Shown piece after piece: positions 56,134-64,000 of a stretch of 64,000 bases of DNA. Below the pieces are notes generated by a model that ran no database searches, was not told where the DNA came from, and was given only the letters and a program-made list of their open reading frames with translations. The DNA comes from Eledone cirrhosa (lineage: Eukaryota). Made by a program: the position numbers and the translations under genes. The stretch covers positions 37,386,001 to 37,450,000 of the forward strand of contig OZ024745.1 of assembly GCA_964016885.1 (NCBI GenBank). Reading direction: 5' to 3'. Position 1 is the first letter of the stretch. The number at the start of each line of letters is the position of its first letter.

Positions 56134-57685
56134 CTAGCAGTAAAGCCCGGCGTTGCTCGGGGTCGCTCAGTAGCTGTGTTAAAGTTACAATGTTAAGTTT
56201 CTTTTTTGGCTTAAAAACTGTAATGTCTACTGTGCAGACTTGCATGTGGTGTTTTTGATTAATATTCCCTCAACCAACAATATGCCTTATGAAGTTAAGA
56301 AAACATAACGATAACCCGAATGTTATAACAAAAGAGGATGCTGGGGATAAAAACTGCACTGGTTATTTATTAACAAAGATCGAAAATGTAAACACTGCAA
56401 CGCAGAGAAAAACATTAGCGTAACCAAATTATCAGTTATGTCTGTCTGCACGCCTATATCACCTCTTTGCACAACTGTCTGTCTGCACGCCTATATCACC
56501 TCTCTGCACGACTGTCTGTCTGCACGCCTATATCAACTCTCTGCACAACTGTCTGTCTGCACGCCTATATCACCTCTCTGCACGCCTATATCACCTCTCT
56601 GCACGACTGTCTGTCTGCACGCCTATATCACCTCTCTGCACGCCTATATCACCTCTCTGCACGCCTATATCACCTCTCTGCACGACTGTCTGTCTGCACG
56701 CCTATATCACCTCTCTGCACGACTGTCTGTCTGCACGCCTATATCACCTCTCTGCACGACTATCTGTCTGCACGCGTATATCACCTCTCTGCACGACTGT
56801 CTGTCTGCACGACTGTCTGTCTGCACGCCTAACGACGAAATATTTGCTTGTTTTACGTAGTCTTTAAGTAGACTTGTTTTCAAGTAAAAATATTGTTTTA
56901 AAATGCTTTTAAATGGAAATGAAGCAAAACGGAAGCTTAGTGTTCGAATTGATGAATTTTGCAGGTCAGTCATTTTAAACGCTGAGAAAGCCCTGCACTG
57001 GTTATTTATTAACAAAGATCGAAAATGTAAACACTGCAACGCAGAGAAAAACATTAGCGTAACCAAATTATCAGTTATGTCTGTCTGCACGCCTATATCA
57101 CCTCTCTGCACGACTGTCTGTCTGCACGCCTATATCACCTCTCTGCACGACTGTCTGTCTGCACGCCTATATCACCTCTCTGCACGACTGTCTGTCTGCA
57201 CGCCTATATCACCTCTCTGCACGACTGTCTGTCTGCACGACTGTCTGTCTGCACGCCTAACGACGAAATATTTGCTTGTTTTACGTAGTCTTTAAATAGA
57301 CTTGTTTTCAAGTAAAAATATTGTTTTAAAATGCTTTTAAATGGAAATGAAGCAAAACGGAAGCTTAGTGTTCGAACTGATGAATTTTGCAGGTCAATAT
57401 TTTGCTGGCTCGACAACTGTTCGTGTATTGTAATTTTTTACGTAAGACGCTCAATGTAAACAGAACAAAGGGAAATAACTGATAACTTACGCTCAAAAAT
57501 CGATACATTATATTCGATTTCGTCACATAGGGTGGGTCAATTTGAAATTTTTTTTTTCCGATGTCTTTGCTAGGGCTCAATGTACAAGTATAGCAATTTC
57601 AGTGCAATTCTGTGAGAGATTCTAAGAGGAGATGTGTGCCAAAAATCGATAGACAGACAGACAACCACAGTTTTATATATATAGA
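56134..57685 (-). mobile_element. Non-autonomous Helitron
   Basis: On -: A|TCTATATATATAAAA..(GTCT)n 5' end; 3' hairpin CCCGAGCAACGCCGGG then CTAG|T; inserted between A and T with no TSD. Confidence 0.9.
56438..57257. repeat. Compound minisatellite of 21-bp and 16-bp subunits (37-bp unit) inside a duplicated block
   Basis: CTGCACGCCTATATCACCTCT and CTGCACGACTGTCTGT; arrays 56438-56829 and 57077-57257; block 56354-56968 repeated at 56993-57397. Confidence 0.92.
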
Positions 57686-57903
57686 TAAGTAAAAATTAGC
57701 GAGAATCGAATTTCAGCTCAGGAATAACGAGAAACACTTCCGAGTTGTGTGGCAAGCGCTCGATAATTCATATGAATTAGAGCTCACAACTTACGTTAAA
57801 GGCCAAACACACTGAGATGGTGGTTAAACTAATCATCCACACAGCGAAAATTCGATCGCCTATTTCGGGTCAAACAGATATACAGATATAAAAATATATA
57901 AAA

Positions 57904-58029
<126 letters not shown>

Positions 58030-58419
58030 CTGTGTATGTCTATATGTGGGAAGACACATAGTGGGTTGGACATACACACATACACACCAACACTTAAATA
58101 AATACTACTTCCATATACGGTATTGCTGTAAGGGCTGTTATAATATTTAGACCTTTATGGACGTGTACACAAACATACACACACATACAGACGTATATGT
58201 ACGTACATACATAAACCAACTTATACATACGCTTACAAAAACACGGTATGATCATGACTAGAACGTCGTTGAGAATGGGTCTACTTATTCAGGGCTGACT
58301 CGGTGTTAAACAGCAACATACAAAACACATATAGAGATAAAAATAGAGAAAGAGATTGAGAATGGGGAGATGGAGATAGAATGATACATACAGACAAGCA
58401 GATAGATAGACAGACAGAC

Positions 58420-58454
<35 letters not shown>

Positions 58455-58486
58455 CAGACAGATAGATAGATAGATATATAGATAAA

Positions 58487-59352
58487 TTTCTTTATTAGCC
58501 ACAAGTGTACACAAGAAGGGGACAAATACAAATGGGGAGTTCACTTGTAGGTATATGAAAATAAAACTATTAATGAAATAACAAATAACAATTGAAATCC
58601 CCAATAGGGGGGAGGCGTTACACAGGGGTTGTACACACCCCGAAAAATGTACAACCCTCATCTCCAGGAGCACCAAGAGTGAGTACTCCCCTCATCTCTT
58701 TCTCTTTTTCCTCAACCTACAGGCTTATATAGAGAGAAGACCCAACCACTCGGGCCATCTTTGCCACATTCACCCACCTTTTATAAAATTTGCTGGGGTA
58801 CAGCACCTCTCTCTCCATCCTCATTCTTCTTCCAAAATGATATTTGAAAAAACGAATCAGTTGTTCGCCGGAGAGAAAGGTGTCTGACCTCAGCCCTTTT
58901 AACCTCGTCCACCATATAACCTCTTTCACCATAGCCATAACACATAGGAAAACCGCTTCTCCTTCGTTTTTCAAGGAGGGTGGCGGTTTGATCATGATAA
59001 TGGACTCGGTGGTCAACTGGATTGGTCCCACCCGCGACAATAGTCGTTCTACAAAGCCCCACGGGTCGGTAATGCCCGGGCAGTGTACAAATGCGTGCGC
59101 GACGGTTTCTTCGTCGCGCACGCATCTCGGACAGATCTTTTTCGAATGGTCCTTGCCCGGGCGCCCGTATCTGTAGAGCTTGTCTCGAACTGATAGAGCT
59201 CCTCGGTAGCACTGCCAAGCCAGGGACTTTTGGAAGTTGTCCATCGGTCCCGGGCGGAAGGTTCTACCGAACAGACTGACCAGTTCGTCTTCCTCTACGC
59301 CTAGAGTTTCTCCGAGCGCGTCGTCGCACTTACTGCAGACCAACCCTCTATA
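58487..59352 (-). mobile_element. 5'-truncated Tx1/L1 copy in (GATA)n
   Basis: zf-RVT ORF remnant 58717-59350 homologous to the 45-kb copies; GATA repeats on both sides. Confidence 0.9.
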
Positions 59353-59577
59353 GATAGATAGATAGATAGATAGGTACATGCAGAGATAGGCAAGGTTTGG
59401 AAGAGGAGAAGGGTGTAAATGTATGTGTGGATAAATATCTTTATTGCCTGTATGTAAAAGTGGGTATGTGTCCATGTACGTAAACTACGCGTGTGTATGT
59501 ATGTGCGCGCGCGTGTGTATGTATGTGATCGCCAGTGTGTTTCGTGCGCATGTGTCCATGCTGCGCGTAGGTAGTGT

Positions 59578-59670
<93 letters not shown>

Positions 59671-60054
59671 TGTGTCTGTATATATATGTGCGTGTATGTG
59701 TTCGTAGTGTATGTGTGTATATTATGTGTGTATATATGTAAGCATGTTGCGCGCGTGTATGTGTGTATTGACAGTGTCACCATATGTAACAACGTTCTGA
59801 CAGTCACGCGTCACTAAACATCGGTGACACACGGCATGAAGGTAGTGTGATAGTTCTTACTACTGAGATTGCTTGCGGCTTGTTGCCTGATCAAGCTTGA
59901 ACATTTGCTTCTTGTCTGATCAGGCTCGAACATCCGCCACGGTGGACAATGTATGAAAAAGAGGAAAGAGTGTGTGTATATGGGGGCGGAGATAGATGGA
60001 TGGAGAGACAGAGTGAGAATAAGAAAGAGGCAAGTGGTATAGTGAGAGACAGAG

Positions 60055-60099
<45 letters not shown>

Positions 60100-60202
60100 A
60101 AGAGAGAGAGTTTGCCGGAGAAGGGTCATTAAAAGACACAGAACCCCCCCCCCCACACACACACACGCAAACATACATACATATATACGCACACACGCAC
60201 AC

Positions 60203-60285
<83 letters not shown>

Positions 60286-60449
60286 TGTGCACATACGCAC
60301 ATTCATCCACATACATGCACACACTCATGTATATAAACATATATACATACATATATAAACCGACAGTGAAGACGAAAGTCTTATGGGGAAAAAAGGAGAC
60401 AATAAAAAGGCGAAAACAATATGTAAAGAAGTAATTGAAACAGAGAGTA

Positions 60450-60494
<45 letters not shown>

Positions 60495-60799
60495 AAGAGA
60501 GAGAAAGAGAGAGGAGACTTCAGTCAAATTATTTTCACTGTTGATCGATGGGGTCATTCGCCCTCCTCCTACTGCTCCCCTTGATACCACCACTTGTTGA
60601 CCGCAATGTTAGCCATCTAAACAAGAATGACATCCGCCCCTCTTTCTCTACTTCCTCTTCGTCCTCGTTTCTTTCTTTAAACAATGGAACTCAACTCTTA
60701 ATGGCACTACGTCAGATATCATTATATTTCATTACAATCAGAAAATATAATATTATCTCTGGATATTATTACAATGCAAAAAAAAAAAAAAAAAAAATT

Positions 60800-60980
60800 G
60801 GTGGATTGTAAGAATCAAAGGAGTGTCGGGTGAATTGCTTTGTGTTCGGATGAATTGCTCTGTGTTCAAATTTCGTCTCGGCCAAATTTACCTTTCATCC
60901 TTCCGGACTCAATAAAATAAAGTACTACTGAAGTACTAGGGTTGACTGTTGGTCTGTGCCTAAATTAAGAAACCATTGGT
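60800..60980 (+). mobile_element. Decayed Nin-domain-like SINE
   Basis: GTTCAAATT, CCTTTCATCCTTCCGG..AATAAAATAAAGTAC. Confidence 0.7.
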
Positions 60981-61764
60981 ACAGGGTAGAATAACAGATA
61001 AGACCCCAGAGAAACAATTTGAAAACTAGGTTGTTTTATGGTCCCGATGTTGCAGGATGGAATTGTCGCTTCTGACAATATTGAAGTGAGTTAAGTAGTT
61101 TATTTTTGTGGGATGGGGTCTCAGATGGTGAGTGTTAGATCCTGGGTCGAATTATTGGACTCGATTAAATCAACTTCATTCCGTCCCTAAACAATTATAG
61201 TCTTGTAACATTAATGCTAGAAGTCAGTATTATCACCATCAAGCTGATTATTAGAAGCGGTAAAGGGACGCGGGCAATATGTTTTGCTGGATTTAGTTAT
61301 GTCACTTTATATTCTGAGTTCAAACCTCGCTCAACTTTTCTTTGCCTTTCATCTACTGGGGTTAATTCCATTTACTGTTCCCTTTAGGCGTGCCCCCCCC
61401 CCCCAAAAAAAAACATTTATTGACATTATCATCAGAGAAATAGACTGACAGAATCGGAAGGCAGAGTGATGAATTAAATTGCTTGTCATATTTTGTTATG
61501 ACCCTTTACGTTTTGTTTTGTATATGTGTCGGTAGAAAAATATATCACTCAAATAACGTGATGATTTAATCAAATTTTCTATCCCTAAAAATTATTATTA
61601 AAGGTTGAATATGGGCGTCTCGATAACAAGAAAACTCGAGATATGCTTTTATTCTTTTAACTGTTTCAGTCGTTGGACAGCCACCATACTGAGACACCCC
61701 ACTTGAATGAATTTAGTCGAACATATTAGCCCCAGGATTTAAGTCTGGTACTTATATATATATA

Positions 61765-61863
61765 CAGGGTGTCCTAAAAAATGTATACAAATTTTGATTA
61801 CATATACAGGCATATTTCTTAGAATGCTGTTGAAGTGTGTATACATTTTTGGGGGACACCCTA
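61765..61863. mobile_element. Tc1/mariner-type MITE of about 100 bp
   Basis: TIRs CAGGGTGTCCTAAAAAATGTATAC / GTATACATTTTTGGGGGACACCCT; TA flanks. Confidence 0.8.
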
Positions 61864-61906
61864 TATATATATATATACATATTTCTCTGTATATATATAT
61901 ATATAT

Positions 61907-62570
61907 AAATGTAGTCTGAGTTTTTCGAATATTAATAATAACATTCGATTCGTTTGCAATTATGCAAACAAGCCTTAATTTTATAGCCATGTCAGTAGAA
62001 TGAACACTTCATTCTTGCTCTTATGTTAACATGCGAACAGAACTTCAGACACTAATGTTTCGGTGTATCAGCCTTCATCAGCACAGCTCACTGTTCACCT
62101 GCCAAACTGTCAGAGCTAGTGAAAATATATGCTATTTTCAAAAATACACAGTGACTGATCGGCCTGATTTGCATATTAGCAGATTGGCTGATCAGTCAGA
62201 TCTGCATATTAGCAGATCCACTGATCAGCCAGATTTGGATATCAGCAGACTGGCCAGTCAGTTTCCTGTATACGAGCGATAAATGGCCGGCTTTGCCAAA
62301 TTCAAATAAAAAAGAAAATTTCGCTCTACATGGAAACATTAGTGTCTGCAGTTCTGTTCGCATGCCAACATAAGAGCAAGAATGAAGTGTTCATTCTACT
62401 GACATGGCTATAAAATTGAGGCGTTTGCATAATTGCAAACGATTCGAATGTTATTATTAATATTCGAAAAAAAGTAGAAACAATAAAGAAAAAGTAGAAA
62501 CAATTATTAATATTCGAAAAACTAAGACTACATTTATTGTATTCAGCCATGTAGAGCGAAATTTTCTTTA

Positions 62571-62573
<3 letters not shown>
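61907..62573. mobile_element. Fold-back HHR element in (TA)n with a permuted monomer of about 440 nt
   Basis: About 61921-62061 mirrors 62333-62470; 62311-62333 mirrors 62547-62569; three internal 33-bp repeats at 62154-62255. Confidence 0.85.
62035..62096 (-). ncRNA. Type I hammerhead ribozyme motif
   Basis: GAACAG..CUGUG-CUGAUGA-A-GG(CUGAUACA)CC-GAAAC-A(UUAG)U-GUC/UG(A/C)AG..CUGUUC; the mirror arm starts exactly at GAAAC (62333). Confidence 0.78.
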
Positions 62574-62632
<59 letters not shown>

Positions 62633-64000
62633 ATGACAAATTACTACAGTTTCCATTTAAATTTCAATCATAATGGATTGGTCAACCCGTGGCTATAGTG
62701 AGTAACACTTGTCGAACCTGTACGCGGATGGGCTAAACTTGAACCTGCGTGGTTGTGAAGCTAACTCCTTAACTACGCAGTTATGCATGCGTCTATTGTT
62801 TAACTTAAACCATAATGTTTTCTCTTTTTGCTTTATTATTTCCGTTCCACCTTCATTTGCTCTCTGGATTATCTTTCCGTTCATTTAAACATCATTTCTG
62901 TATATTTAGAGGCACTTAGTCAGTGGGTTAGTGTTTTGGACTCGTCATCATAGGGTTGTGGGTTGGATTCGTAGACCAAGCAGCATGTTGTGTTCTTGAT
63001 CAACATGTTTTAATTTTCGTGGCACTTCTTAATAGGAGTTGCGCCCGACTGATAAAAATCAACAATGGATAGACCAATAGAAACATTGTTGTCTTGGTCC
63101 GATCTAATGGTCGGTAACTTTCCTATATACAACATCTTCTCTTATCGATAATTTACTGTTGTTTTTTTTCTTTTTTACTTTTTTTACTTCTTTCTTCGAC
63201 TGCATATATCGATAATCAACAGGTTAGGTTCGAAAGTACTGTGGACATAAATATAATTAACAGTTTAGTCTGGACAAGCGGTTGGGCATTTTAGGATAGT
63301 CTTACAATATGTGCGCCCTTTCTGATAGTTATGCACCCCTTTCATCCAAATGAAATAATTTCAACTTACATTTTGGCTAGCTGAAGAATCTAGAATTTGA
63401 TACTTCTTGCTCTGACCACAAGAAAAAAAAAATAAATGATTAAACCTGCAATTTCTACTGAACAGTCCACATTCACCTACACCAATGTTCCACTTTGTAT
63501 ATTTCCAAAACATCGCTACGCGCTTTAGTGATTTATGTTCTGATCGTAGGAAATTATTATATATTTGATTTATTTGTACAATTTTGTATAAAAATGTGAT
63601 CCTTTCAGGTTTAGTAATGCGTCTCTCTGAGGTGTGCACCCTAGTTGCTTACCTAGCTGACTTTTGTTAGATATCTGCTCATGAAAATAGCGTGTACCTG
63701 GCTGAGACTTCAAGAACCATAAACATAATACTTAGGAAGATTCAGCATGACAGAGAATGTGACAAGGTTGATACTTGGAAAATTTTCAATTCATTTTTAC
63801 CCTCTGGAACAATGAGAAACAAACTTTATTACTCAAAGGTAAAACACGTCGCTTGGTCAGGGAATCGAACGCATGATCTAACGATTGTGAGACGAGAACT
63901 TTAACTACACAGCCACAACTACACTCCTCGATAACCCAATGGGAATGTTTAATTCATAGTCGAGATTTTTCCACTAAGTCGTTCACGTTTGTTGGTTTCT

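Noticed and set aside
56438-57257. 37-bp repeats as a CRISPR array
   Set aside because: No unique spacers, no cas genes, eukaryotic context, inside a Helitron

Overview
AT-rich, microsatellite-saturated, non-coding animal genomic DNA. The SINE families and repeat landscape suggest an octopus or other coleoid cephalopod (inference). I can support no intact host gene; almost all ORF-track entries are translated microsatellites. The window holds many tRNA-derived SINEs (Nin-domain-like and CORE-like), decayed LINE pieces (RTE, CRE, Tx1/L1, possibly CR1/Jockey), a non-autonomous Helitron, a Tc1/mariner MITE, and an unlisted, stop-free Penelope-like (PLE) GIY-YIG endonuclease fragment (50736-51131, -). 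The main signal is a set of unrelated small non-coding elements inserted in (TA)n tracts. They carry type I hammerhead ribozyme (HHR) motifs and share one architecture: a head-to-head fold-back with the ribozyme-sense 3' ends pointing outward into TA on both sides. Three are built from tandem or permuted monomers of about 320, 440 and 467 nt (retrozyme-like), and one has a compensatory U3-A8 catalytic core. A Tx1/L1-type LINE appears to target (TATC)n. All ribozyme calls are made by eye and are untested.
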